The notes below the pieces were generated by a model, which saw only the letters and a program-made list of their open reading frames with translations, ran no database searches and was not told where the DNA came from. From Thermoplasmata archaeon (GTDB lineage: Archaea > Thermoplasmatota > Thermoplasmata > Thermoplasmatales > Thermoplasmataceae), in assembly GCA_021850545.1 (NCBI GenBank), contig JAJZLU010000035.1, positions 114,557 through 178,556 on the forward strand: a stretch of DNA of 64,000 bases, given 5' to 3'. Positions 42,128-51,117 of this stretch are shown here, piece by piece (within the stretch, counting starts at the first letter, position 1; the number at the start of each line of letters is the position of its first letter). The position numbers and the translations under genes are program-made.

Positions 42128-42934
42128 GCCGGAGACGTCGTATTGATCCTTTCTTCTCTGCTTCATCATGGGCACGTCGGAAGTGTACCTTTCCAAGATA
42201 TCCATGTCCAGGTCGCACACAATGACCCCGTCCTCATTATCAGCTTCAGCCAGAACATCACCGTAAGGGCTCACCACCATGCTGTGCCCGGTGAAATCCT
42301 TTCCACTCTGGGCAGTGCCTAAAACAAAGAGGCCATTTTCAATGGCCCTTGCCTTTAGTAGTGTCTTCCAAGTTTCAAGTTTTCTCTCTCCAGCATACCA
42401 GCCTGCCTGATAAGAAAGGATCTGTGCGCCAAGCAGCTTGATAAGCCTTGCAGGTTCGGGAAATCTCAGGTCATAGCATATTTGCAGGCCAATGTGGACT
42501 CCTCCTGCATTGATGGTTGAAACAGGGATTCTGCCGTACTCGTAAAGGTTGCTCTCAAGCTTGGAGTATGCGTCGAAAAGGTGTAGTTTCCTGTACTTTC
42601 CCACCACTATGCCCAAATCGTCAATGAATATTGATGCATTGAATGGCTTCAGGGTCCCGAAATTCCTCTCTGCAATGTTAATCAGCGACATCACGGAATT
42701 CTTCCTGGAAAGCTCCGCAAATGTGGATGCAAATTTTCCGTCCAGCGGCTCAGAGGCTTCTTTAAGGCCATCCGGATCAGCATAATTCGGCGAAAACATT
42801 TGGTACTCTGGGAAAATCACGAGATTTGGCTTTGATCTGATCGCCTCATTGAACAATCTTACTGACCTTTCAAGATTGCCTTCCTTATCCGTTCCAGACG
42901 CCATCTGTGCAAGAGCAACCTTCATCAACATCAC
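42122..42934 (-). CDS. Carbon-nitrogen hydrolase (nitrilase superfamily amidase)
   Basis: E-K-C triad context: VIFPEY, YRKLHLF, ICYDLRFPE. GTG start at 42934; ATG alternatives at 42931 and 42925. Confidence 0.85.
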   Translation of the reverse strand: MMLMKVALAQMASGTDKEGNLERSVRLFNEAIRSKPNLVIFPEYQMFSPNYADPDGLKEASEPLDGKFASTFAELSRKNSVMSLINIAERNFGTLKPFNASIFIDDLGIVVGKYRKLHLFDAYSKLESNLYEYGRIPVSTINAGGVHIGLQICYDLRFPEPARLIKLLGAQILSYQAGWYAGERKLETWKTLLKARAIENGLFVLGTAQSGKDFTGHSMVVSPYGDVLAEADNEDGVIVCDLDMDILERYTSDVPMMKQRRKDQYDVSGL

Positions 42935-44022
42935 TACATGAATCCCGTCAGGTCAGATAACTTCTCCGGCAGATATGTGGAAGTAACATAATCAAGGCCA
43001 TACTTGGCAAGTGCCTGCTGTTCAGCTTTCTTGCCTATATTCAGCATGGTCTCTATCTCATCCCTCCACCGCTCAGATTGGAACCTTGGATCCTTCAATT
43101 CTGCATTTAGAGCGGCAATATCCTTGTCACTGAGGTCATCTGTTGGGAGCTTGTAGTTAAGGATATCACTCGCCGTTATCCCGATATATTCTGCAGTGGG
43201 GACGGCAAGATAATGTGAGATGTGGGCCGTCTTTATTGCGCCATATGCGATGGATGCATAGATTCGGAAGGACCATGGGTCACCGTCAGTGAAAACGTAA
43301 ACCGGGAGATTATGCTCCTCGTTTATCCTCTTCAGGAGCCTCCTGGTGCTCCGGGCGGGCTGCCCCTTAAGATGGACAAGGAGGCAGTTGTTTGTCTCGT
43401 CGAACCCATTCTCAACAAGCCTGTCAAACATACCTCCAGTTTCTATCGCAAGGATGTACCTGGCATTGACGTCCTTGATTCTCAGCTTTTCTTCCTCAAC
43501 GCTGTATGGGATTCCGTATCCTCCATCTCCTACATCGTCACGGCAGTTTATTTTCTTGAATTCCCCCTTCCTTGTCCTCTCTTCAATGGTTATGTCTCCC
43601 ATGATGCTCGCACCGTTTTCCTCCGGCCTGAGCTTGAAGTCTTCCCTAAGAAGTGAGCTCAGTACTTCAAGATCCTCCGCCATCAGGTTTGATTCATCCT
43701 GGGTCCCGAATTTGCCAAGGTTCCATCCCTCTGAAATATAGTACATTTCCCTTAGAGTGGAAGATTTGCTTTCCCTGAGCATTTCCCTTATGAAATCCAC
43801 CATGTAAAGCAGTTTAACCATGTACTCTGCACCATCCACTGCCTTTCCTGATCTGGTAACCGAAGAATCCCCATATCTCCAGACGGAGAGCATTGGATCA
43901 AGCACAATATTTTCCTTGTTTCTTGAAGGCATTGATATTTCGGGTATGTCCCCGGCGGCAAGCATCGAATAAATGCTGTTGACCATTTCTTCAAGTTTTC
44001 TGGTGGTTTGGTCTGCCGCCAT
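42934..44022 (-). CDS. top6A: DNA topoisomerase VI subunit A (Spo11-like)
   Basis: Winged-helix 5Y-CAP region (REMYY) and Toprim YVFTDGDPWSF. 362 aa. Confidence 0.95.
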   Translation of the reverse strand: MAADQTTRKLEEMVNSIYSMLAAGDIPEISMPSRNKENIVLDPMLSVWRYGDSSVTRSGKAVDGAEYMVKLLYMVDFIREMLRESKSSTLREMYYISEGWNLGKFGTQDESNLMAEDLEVLSSLLREDFKLRPEENGASIMGDITIEERTRKGEFKKINCRDDVGDGGYGIPYSVEEEKLRIKDVNARYILAIETGGMFDRLVENGFDETNNCLLVHLKGQPARSTRRLLKRINEEHNLPVYVFTDGDPWSFRIYASIAYGAIKTAHISHYLAVPTAEYIGITASDILNYKLPTDDLSDKDIAALNAELKDPRFQSERWRDEIETMLNIGKKAEQQALAKYGLDYVTSTYLPEKLSDLTGFM

Positions 44023-45896
44023 TACTCCTCACCATCCGTTTCAATAATGTTCACCGTCTCAGTTCCGAAGTCTGCAGGAAGGGGCTCTGCACCCTGTACC
44101 CTGACTGGATCAATGCCTGTGAAGTAATAATTGGTGCCCGGATAATCAGAAATTCTGCCTTTAATGGAAAATGATGCAACGAATTCCTGCGCTGGCCCTA
44201 GATCCTTTATTTCCCATTTCAGCTCCGGACCTTCATAATCGCCGGTTGGCGGGTCTGCAATGAGGCCCATTGAGATTTCCCTCCTTGTGTAATTTATCAC
44301 TTTCATTTCTATTTCAACGCCTTCCTGGCTCTTCCGGAACTCTTCTGTTACGAAGACCACATTTGCTATCTTTGAGATAACAGGCTCGAGGTTGGGAACC
44401 TCTTTGCCAAGGATCTCTGATGCCTTTTTTCCGATCTCCGGAATAAGGGTGTTTACCAACCTGAATTTTTCATATATTCTGGCTCTCCGGTCCTTCTTTC
44501 CAAGGAATGATTTCACTCCTCTTCCAAGTGACTTGAGGCACAAGCCAATCTCATTGGTGATCTCGTTCACATTTGCCAGGGCTTCCTTTGATTCCGATGT
44601 GAAGGGTATCCTGATCCCGTAAACATGAACGAAAATGATGGCAGGGCCATATGGCACACCTTGCCCACCCTTCTGGTCGAACCCATATTGCCTCCAGTCC
44701 ATTTCCGAAACAGCCTTGGTTATGGCGCAGGCTCCGGGCTGGTACAGTAGTGGAACCTTATTTGCGAACCTTACAATCCTGACAGGCTGATCACTTGGGA
44801 GGTCGCCGCCATAAACAATTCCTGCCTCTACTGAAAACGGATTCCCGTTATATACTGTAATGGGCCTTGAAACCGGTTTGCCGTAATGTGATGGGTGGTT
44901 CTCCTCATACACACTCTTAAGGCCCTTCTTTATGAATTCAGGCCCCAGGGGGGAAAGGCAGTCCGTCGGTGGCGGCATCAGTTTAACGGCCTTAAACGCC
45001 TCACTGAGTTTCTTTATGTCCTGCAGGGAAAGCTCTGATGGCTTTTTATTCCCAGGTATTCCCGAAAAAGCCAGGATTTCATCTGCAACCTTGTCGCTGA
45101 TCCTGTTGAAGTCGTCACGGAGAAAATGTATTAGGTCTGGGGAGAGTGTGTTCTTGGCCATGCTGTTTATATCTCCAAGCTCAAGCCCGAGTGGATGGGG
45201 TTTTATGGCAACAGCAGGCTTAGAAAGGATGTCCGTGACTCTCGGGATCTCGTAGGTCTTTCCGTCCGGGTCCAAGAGAGTCAAGGTAGCATTTGGGTTA
45301 GCAACTGCACATTCTCTCATGTACTCCAGGATTGATTGTTTTCCGATCTGGTACTTTCCCTTTGCTGGTATTGTAATGAGGGCCCCATGGGGCTTCTCCC
45401 ATATTACGGGTTTTTCACTGTGAATATCTGCCTTGTTCTCCTTTACGTTAATGCCCAGGATGAAATCATATGCCACATCATCCTCCTTCCTTCTCGTCTT
45501 TACATGCGATGTCCTGGCCGTAGTTATCTGGCCATAAAGTATAGCTGCCGTAATTCCGATTCCCTGCTGCCCCCTGGATTGTTTAAATGAGTGAAATCTT
45601 GATCCATAGAGGAGTTTTCCGAAAACGTTTGGAACTTGCTTTCTTTCAATGCCGGGGCCATTATCCTCAACGGAAACGTTGAATTCATCATCCTCGGCCT
45701 TTTCAAGTGTGACCTTGACCTCAGGAAGAATGCCATGCTCTTCACATGCATCCAGGGAATTGTCAAGGGCTTCCTTCACAATCATAAAGAGTGATTTTTG
45801 CGGTGAATCAAAACCAAGTATGTGCCTGTTCTTTTCAAAGAATTCAGAAATTGATGCTTCCCTGAATTCAGATATGGTGGCCTTTCGAGGAGGCAT
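44022..45896 (-). CDS. top6B: DNA topoisomerase VI subunit B
   Basis: Bergerat ATPase motifs EALDNSLDA and DNGPGI, plus GQQGIG. 624 aa, the long form with a C-terminal domain. Confidence 0.95.
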   Translation of the reverse strand: MPPRKATISEFREASISEFFEKNRHILGFDSPQKSLFMIVKEALDNSLDACEEHGILPEVKVTLEKAEDDEFNVSVEDNGPGIERKQVPNVFGKLLYGSRFHSFKQSRGQQGIGITAAILYGQITTARTSHVKTRRKEDDVAYDFILGINVKENKADIHSEKPVIWEKPHGALITIPAKGKYQIGKQSILEYMRECAVANPNATLTLLDPDGKTYEIPRVTDILSKPAVAIKPHPLGLELGDINSMAKNTLSPDLIHFLRDDFNRISDKVADEILAFSGIPGNKKPSELSLQDIKKLSEAFKAVKLMPPPTDCLSPLGPEFIKKGLKSVYEENHPSHYGKPVSRPITVYNGNPFSVEAGIVYGGDLPSDQPVRIVRFANKVPLLYQPGACAITKAVSEMDWRQYGFDQKGGQGVPYGPAIIFVHVYGIRIPFTSESKEALANVNEITNEIGLCLKSLGRGVKSFLGKKDRRARIYEKFRLVNTLIPEIGKKASEILGKEVPNLEPVISKIANVVFVTEEFRKSQEGVEIEMKVINYTRREISMGLIADPPTGDYEGPELKWEIKDLGPAQEFVASFSIKGRISDYPGTNYYFTGIDPVRVQGAEPLPADFGTETVNIIETDGEE

Positions 45897-46021
45897 TAAA
45901 CTGCCATATACATGGTGTTTAAATTACTTTGTTGCCACCCAGCTTTGGAATGCATATAAAATAGATACAGAAGGACCGTTTCGCAAGCAAAAGATAAGGA
46001 ATTGGAAAGGGATTTGGAAAA

Positions 46022-46780
46022 TTATCCGAAATAGCCAAGGTCATCCTTCTGAGAAACCTTAGCCTGCACGTCTTCCTGCATTTTCTCGGTAATTTGCTCA
46101 ATCTGCCTGCTTCTTTCCTCAAGGTCAGCCAGATCAAGGTCGAGGCCAAGCAATCCTTTGAGGACCCTGACGATTTCCCTTGCACCCTTTGGGTCAGCGA
46201 AGTATCCAGATGTTTCTCCCATGAGGCACGCCCCATTCATAGAGAAAACTTCTTTGCCAAGTCCAAGCATGACCCCAGCGGAACCCACGATACCACCGCC
46301 GGGTTCTCCCTTGGGAAAAACAACTCCATTCTCCTTCAGTTCGTCAAGAAGGTTTGTATTCGTAACTGCCCCAAGGACCCTTGGAGTCTCTACGATCTTT
46401 CCAGTGCTGTATCCTCCCAGTGTGTAAACAAATGAAACATTTAGCTTGGCTGCCAGTTCAAGGATCACGTGCGAGATTTCATACTGCCCTTCCTGAGTTG
46501 TGCCCTGGAAATCGCCAACGAGGACAAGGAGATCGTTTTCCTTGCCAGTCTTCTTGTAATAGATGCTGTTTCTCACAAGTTTTACAACACCCTCATCGTC
46601 TATGAAAACCTGAGGCGGAAGGTACTGGGAAAACACGTCAGCAAGCTTCTGCATCTTGAGTTTTTCTATTATGTACTCAGCAGCTATTTTTCCAACATTC
46701 CCAATGCCCGGAAGGCCCCCGATAAGTATGGGGTCCTTCAGCTTTGGCCTTTTGTACTGGTTGATTATGATTTTTTCCAT
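46022..46780 (-). CDS. PAC2 (proteasome assembly chaperone 2) family protein
   Basis: GLPGIGNVGKIAAEYIIEKL N-terminal motif. Conserved neighbourhood with nop10 and aIF2alpha. Confidence 0.8.
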   Translation of the reverse strand: MEKIIINQYKRPKLKDPILIGGLPGIGNVGKIAAEYIIEKLKMQKLADVFSQYLPPQVFIDDEGVVKLVRNSIYYKKTGKENDLLVLVGDFQGTTQEGQYEISHVILELAAKLNVSFVYTLGGYSTGKIVETPRVLGAVTNTNLLDELKENGVVFPKGEPGGGIVGSAGVMLGLGKEVFSMNGACLMGETSGYFADPKGAREIVRVLKGLLGLDLDLADLEERSRQIEQITEKMQEDVQAKVSQKDDLGYFG

Positions 46781-46782
46781 TT

Positions 46783-46938
46783 TTACTCTTCCTCCAACTT
46801 GATCCTGAACCTCTGGAACCTGTCCTGTGGTGAATACCTGGGCGGCAAAGCCACATCAGCAAAGCTGCTACAGTTTGGACATTCTTCCTTCATTGTATAA
46901 GACTGGCAATTTCTGCATTTTCTTATTATTGAACGCAT
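46783..46938 (-). CDS. nop10: H/ACA RNP protein Nop10
   Basis: Not in the ORF track (51 aa). Hand translation: MRSIIRKCRNCQSYTMKEECPNCSSFADVALPPRYSPQDRFQRFRIKLEEE. It has a CxxC...CxxC zinc ribbon and the PPR(F/Y)SP(E/Q)D motif. Confidence 0.85.
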   Translation of the reverse strand: MRSIIRKCRNCQSYTMKEECPNCSSFADVALPPRYSPQDRFQRFRIKLEEE

Positions 46939-46950
46939 TTTAACTCTGGT

Positions 46951-47706
46951 CTACTTTCTTGTGAACTCTGCGACTACACCCTTCTTCTTTGATAAGTCCA
47001 GTATGTTCTGTACTGCCTTTTTTAATGCATCTTCGGCAGACTTATAATCTTTGTCTGTTACTGTTAACCTATAACGCGGAGCCCCGGCATACTGAATTTC
47101 CACATTATCTTCCATGGCAGATGAAAATACTTCCTTCAGAAGTTCAACTCCATTTGGGGCAAGCGAGTATGCTTCAACATATCCGCCTATTTTTATGTAC
47201 GGAAGAACTACATTTTCCCTGGCCACCTTCTGGAAAGCCTCTTTCCAATTTCCTTTGGATTCAGGAAGCCAGTCCTCAGTGGCAGAGGCGTCTTCAAAGG
47301 CATCATAAAGCGTACCGTATTGAGCACGGAGATCGCCCGCAAATTCCTTTTCGGCCTGGCCCATAGAAATTTTAAGCTGTGACGATACAATTTCAAGAAG
47401 CTTCTCAGCTTTCTGCTCATTCTTCCAGCTGGAGATCTTTTCCCTCTTCTGGTGCTCATTCACTCTTTTAAGCGAAAGATCCACATATCCTCTGCCCGTA
47501 TCGACGTTCAAGACCTTGCAAACGGTCTTCTGCCCTTCCCTCAGGTAGTCTTTGATATGCTTGACCCAGCCGGTTGCGACCTCAGCTATATGGATAAAGC
47601 CCTCCTTGCCCGGGTACTCCTCAAGTCTTACATTTGCGCCAAAACCCTTTACTTCCTTTATGGTAACGACTACCAGGTCACCAACTTCAGGAAGGTCTTT
47701 TTTCAT
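46951..47706 (-). CDS. eif2a: Translation initiation factor 2 subunit alpha (aIF-2alpha)
   Basis: N-terminal S1 domain GDLVVVTIKEVKGFGANVRLEEYPGKEGFIHIAEV. 251 aa. Confidence 0.9.
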   Translation of the reverse strand: MKKDLPEVGDLVVVTIKEVKGFGANVRLEEYPGKEGFIHIAEVATGWVKHIKDYLREGQKTVCKVLNVDTGRGYVDLSLKRVNEHQKREKISSWKNEQKAEKLLEIVSSQLKISMGQAEKEFAGDLRAQYGTLYDAFEDASATEDWLPESKGNWKEAFQKVARENVVLPYIKIGGYVEAYSLAPNGVELLKEVFSSAMEDNVEIQYAGAPRYRLTVTDKDYKSAEDALKKAVQNILDLSKKKGVVAEFTRK

Positions 47707-47903
47707 TGCTTGTCGCCCGTAATCTCAGCGGCCAGATCAAGTGTGCCGCCGGTTGGCCTTGCCAGGGTTGCACCACATATATTGCAGACAACAGTGGATG
47801 AGATTTTTGTATATGTGGTTTGCTCGTTTCCACAATCCTTGCATTTTATGTTTATGAATTTGTTCCCAATGCTCTTGGGTTTTGAAAATCTGCTATCCGC
47901 CAT
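47703..47903 (-). CDS. rps27e: 30S ribosomal protein S27e
   Basis: C4 zinc ribbon CKDCGNEQ...CNICG. 66 aa. Confidence 0.9.
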   Translation of the reverse strand: MADSRFSKPKSIGNKFINIKCKDCGNEQTTYTKISSTVVCNICGATLARPTGGTLDLAAEITGDKQ

Positions 47904-47904
47904 A

Positions 47905-48183
47905 TTACTGGACCTCCACTATTTCAAATTTCTTAGCTCTTATGCTGGGTGGAGTGACGGATTTCTTGCAAGTCTGGCATTTGTATTTCAGTGATACTCT
48001 CTTGGTTGGCTTTTCCCTTCCTTCATACTTTGGCCTTGGGAAACCTCCGTAACCAGATGTTGCTCTTCTGAATCTCCTCTGTCCAGCCCTGAATTCACTG
48101 GCCTTTCTTTTCCTTACTCTCTCTACTTCGTGAGGAGTGTGCTTCTTGCACGACGGACAATACATGCTGATGATCTTTGGCAT
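47905..48183 (-). CDS. rpl44e: 50S ribosomal protein L44e (eL42)
   Basis: MPKIISMYCPSCKKHTPHEV...CQTCKK. ATG at 48183; the track start at 48198 is GTG. Confidence 0.9.
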   Translation of the reverse strand: MPKIISMYCPSCKKHTPHEVERVRKRKASEFRAGQRRFRRATSGYGGFPRPKYEGREKPTKRVSLKYKCQTCKKSVTPPSIRAKKFEIVEVQ

Positions 48184-48446
48184 TTTCAACGCGTTCACCT
48201 GTAATTAAGCAGGACACAAGCAATTTCACATTGCATGAACTCTCATGTCTTGTTTTTATGCTCTCGGCTTATTGGTTGGAGGGATATAAGTTTTCTTGAA
48301 ATTTTTCCCGTCCATACCCGGCACAATGAAACCCAGAACGCCTAGCTGCATATTGATAAGTTGCAGATTGCGGTGATCCTTCATGGGCATCCAAATATTG
48401 TGTCAATAATGTTATATACGAACTTCCAATGTAGCGGGGAATCGAC

Positions 48447-48701
48447 ATGCCTAAGCCACAGACAAGCGTACAGAAGCCAATGGACGTTCTTCGAAATTCC
48501 ATAGACAGGAATGTTTTAGTCGACGTTAAGGGGAACAGAGGTTATTCAGGCATCCTAGAGGGATATGACATATACATGAATCTGGTGATTAAAAACGCCG
48601 GTGAGACCATCAATGGCCAGACTACCGGTGTTCACGAGAGAATTCTCGTAAGAGGAGACAATGTTATTTTCGTTTCCCCATCGAAAGGTGATAATCAATG
48701 A
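48447..48701 (+). CDS. Sm-like archaeal protein (LSm/SmAP)
   Basis: Sm1/Sm2 motifs VLVDVKGNRGYSGILEGYDIYMNLVI and ILVRGDNVIFVSP. Confidence 0.9.
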   Translation: MPKPQTSVQKPMDVLRNSIDRNVLVDVKGNRGYSGILEGYDIYMNLVIKNAGETINGQTTGVHERILVRGDNVIFVSPSKGDNQ

Positions 48702-48862
48702 GCAATGGAACAGCCGTAATGGGAAAGATGAACAACAAGAAAGTTCATATTACATGTCGCAGATGTGGACATCATACCTACCACGTCAGGCAGAAGAGGT
48801 GCTCTCACTGTGGATTCCCCGCAGCCAGAACTAGATCATATAGATGGGCAAAAGCCAAGTGA
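48698..48862 (+). CDS. rpl37e: 50S ribosomal protein L37e
   Basis: Not in the ORF track (54 aa). Hand translation: MSNGTAVMGKMNNKKVHITCRRCGHHTYHVRQKRCSHCGFPAARTRSYRWAKAK. C4 zinc finger. ATGA overlap with the LSm stop. Confidence 0.9.
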   Translation: MSNGTAVMGKMNNKKVHITCRRCGHHTYHVRQKRCSHCGFPAARTRSYRWAKAK

Positions 48863-50264
48863 TCACTGTGCTGTGGTCGGATATATAGGTGAGGAGCCTG
48901 CATATCCATTTATTCTATCATCACTAAAAACGCTCCAGCATCGCGGACAGGAAAGTGCGGGCATCGCAACTTTCCATGCATCCTCCATTAATGCCAGAAA
49001 AGGCATGGGGTTAGTTGGGGAAGTTTTCAACGAAAAGACCAAGGATTCCGAATATCTCCTTGGAAATGTGGGTATTGGCCATACCAGATACTCTACAGCC
49101 GGCTCGAAAGCAATGGAAAACGCCGGGCCATTCCTTGTAACCAATGCCCTGGGCCATATTGCACTATCGCATAATGGTGAAATAACTAATGCGGACAGGC
49201 TTCGGGATGAACTTTTAAAACAGGGCTTAACATTCCTTACTTCTTCGGACACTGAAGTTTTGTTGATGGAACTTGCAAGGGAAATCTCCATCCATGGGAT
49301 CAATGGCGGTGTCAAAATCGCTGCTGACCGCCTTAAAGGAGCATATGCCATAACGTTTCTAATAAATGACCGGCTTTATGCGATGCGAGACCCGCTTGGA
49401 ATAAGGCCGCTGATAATAGGAAAAATGGTAAGCGGTTACATTGTGGCATCTGAATCCTGCGCACTGGACATCAATGGGGCGGAGATTGTCAGAGACGTAA
49501 AACCTGGAGAACTTGTTGAGGTTACAGCAAATGGGATCACATCAATCCTCACTGTCCCAGGCAGGAAGCTTGCCCATTGCATGTTTGAGTACGTTTATTT
49601 TGCAAGACCAGACAGCATTATCGATAACATTGAAGTATTTCAAACAAGGCTTAGCCTTGGAAGAACACTTGCCAGGGAATCGCCAGTGGATGCTGATGTT
49701 GTGTTCGCAGTCCCCGACTCAGGGAGGGCACAGGCACTTGGCTATTCACAGGAATCGGGAATCCCATATAGCGAGGGGCTCATAAAGAACAGGTTTTCAG
49801 ACAGGACCTTTATTATGCCAACTCAGCAATCTAGAACATCAGCCATAAGACTGAAGCTTAATGTCATCCAGTCAGAGGTGAAGGGAAAGAGGATAATACT
49901 GGTTGATGACAGCATCATAAGGGGAAATACCATGAACCACATCGTCAGCCTTCTGAGGCGGGCTGGTGCCAAGGAAGTCCATGTTAGGATCGGGTGCCCT
50001 CCAGTTGTTGCGCCATGTTTCTATGGTGTGGATATGAAAACCAAGGACCAGTTTGTGGCCAATGGCAGATCCGTTGATGAGATATGCAAGGAAATCGGCG
50101 CAGATTCTCTTGGATATGTGTCAATCAGGGGACTCATTGAAAGCATCGGCATTGGAAGGGATGGGCTTTGCCTTGGCTGCCTAACAGGAGATTACCCAAC
50201 AACAGTTTCGGAGGAGAAGTATCCCCGGCAGAAGGAACTGGAAAGCTTTACCCACCATTCCTGA
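48810..50264 (+). CDS. purF: Amidophosphoribosyltransferase (glutamine PRPP amidotransferase)
   Basis: Ntn Cys in CAVVGYIG (codon 48867-48869) and PRPP motif ILVDDSIIRGNT. Start uncertain: the only in-frame canonical starts upstream of the Cys are GTG 48810 and GTG 48765, both inside rpl37e. Confidence 0.85.
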   Translation: MDSPQPELDHIDGQKPSDHCAVVGYIGEEPAYPFILSSLKTLQHRGQESAGIATFHASSINARKGMGLVGEVFNEKTKDSEYLLGNVGIGHTRYSTAGSKAMENAGPFLVTNALGHIALSHNGEITNADRLRDELLKQGLTFLTSSDTEVLLMELAREISIHGINGGVKIAADRLKGAYAITFLINDRLYAMRDPLGIRPLIIGKMVSGYIVASESCALDINGAEIVRDVKPGELVEVTANGITSILTVPGRKLAHCMFEYVYFARPDSIIDNIEVFQTRLSLGRTLARESPVDADVVFAVPDSGRAQALGYSQESGIPYSEGLIKNRFSDRTFIMPTQQSRTSAIRLKLNVIQSEVKGKRIILVDDSIIRGNTMNHIVSLLRRAGAKEVHVRIGCPPVVAPCFYGVDMKTKDQFVANGRSVDEICKEIGADSLGYVSIRGLIESIGIGRDGLCLGCLTGDYPTTVSEEKYPRQKELESFTHHS

Positions 50265-50268
50265 AAAT

Positions 50269-51117
50269 TTATTTTTTTCTCTTTAGAAGTTCCTGTATTT
50301 TTTCCCTGGATTTTTCCTGGTCGATCCTATGCCCTGCAAAATCAGCCCTCAGTGCGATTGCTGTTTTTCCTGCAATGAATCTTGCCACTCTCCCCCGGTC
50401 TGAAGTTCTGAGGCTAGACATGCCTTTGACCTTGAAAAGTGATCCGTGCTTTGGAGGAGGCGATCCATAAAGGATGTGCTTGAATAGTGCCTTTTCAGCC
50501 CCTATAACCTGAATTGCACTTGCAGGCATTAGTGCAAGGTTCCTCAGGCTTCCTGCGTGGTAAAGCAGCTCTATTGCAATTTCTTCCCCCACAAGCTCGC
50601 ATGTGTTAGGCATAACTTCCCTGGCCTTTTCAGAAAGGAAAGACAATATGCTTGCCTTAAGTGCACATATTGAACCTGCAGAATCGGCTATTTCCTCCAT
50701 GACCCCAGGAAGGCTTCCTGGCAGGTCCAGGCCCCGGAGCCTCTTGAAGAAATTGCAGGGATCCTCATTTCCGTATGTTAGGCCAGTTATAAGGCCGAAA
50801 CCTGCGACTTTTTCAAGTATCAGGTTAAGAGATTTGTTCAGTTCCGGTATAAGTGCATAGAGTTTCCTTATGTACTGGTCTTCCGCAAATTCCTGCTTGA
50901 TCCTGTATTTTCCGTACCTTATGAGAAGGTCCCTCAGATCGGGAATGGATCTGGATTCTTCCAGGGATAGTTTGACTTCAAGTCCATCCCTCAATGAATC
51001 GAATATTTCAGGGAATTTTTCCCCTATGCCTTCGTAAACAAAGTACTGGTTGCCTTTCCTGGAACCGTACCATTTATCTCCGCTTTTTCTGGCCCCTGAA
51101 TTCCCTTCTCCTGACAT
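50269..51117 (-). CDS. Nop5/Nop56/Prp31-family protein (NOSIC + Nop domain), short form
   Basis: LMPASAIQVIGAEKALFKHI...PPKHGSLF Nop-domain motifs. ATG 51117 is preceded by GGAGGT; the alternative ATG is 51180. Overlaps the cbf5 3' end. Confidence 0.75.
   Translation of the reverse strand: MSGEGNSGARKSGDKWYGSRKGNQYFVYEGIGEKFPEIFDSLRDGLEVKLSLEESRSIPDLRDLLIRYGKYRIKQEFAEDQYIRKLYALIPELNKSLNLILEKVAGFGLITGLTYGNEDPCNFFKRLRGLDLPGSLPGVMEEIADSAGSICALKASILSFLSEKAREVMPNTCELVGEEIAIELLYHAGSLRNLALMPASAIQVIGAEKALFKHILYGSPPPKHGSLFKVKGMSSLRTSDRGRVARFIAGKTAIALRADFAGHRIDQEKSREKIQELLKRKK

Noticed and set aside
44022-45896. Long (624-aa) Top6B as a possible novel fusion.
   Set aside because: Long Top6B forms with an extra C-terminal domain are known in other euryarchaea, for example Methanosarcina. 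There is nothing anomalous in the motifs.
46677-46862. 61-aa minus-strand ORF spanning the PAC2 start and the gap.
   Set aside because: It is in the wrong frame. The gap is explained by Nop10 (46783..46938).
48269-48502. 77-aa minus-strand ORF in the L44e/LSm intergenic region.
   Set aside because: It overlaps the LSm start. It has no motifs and no plausible promoter or RBS.
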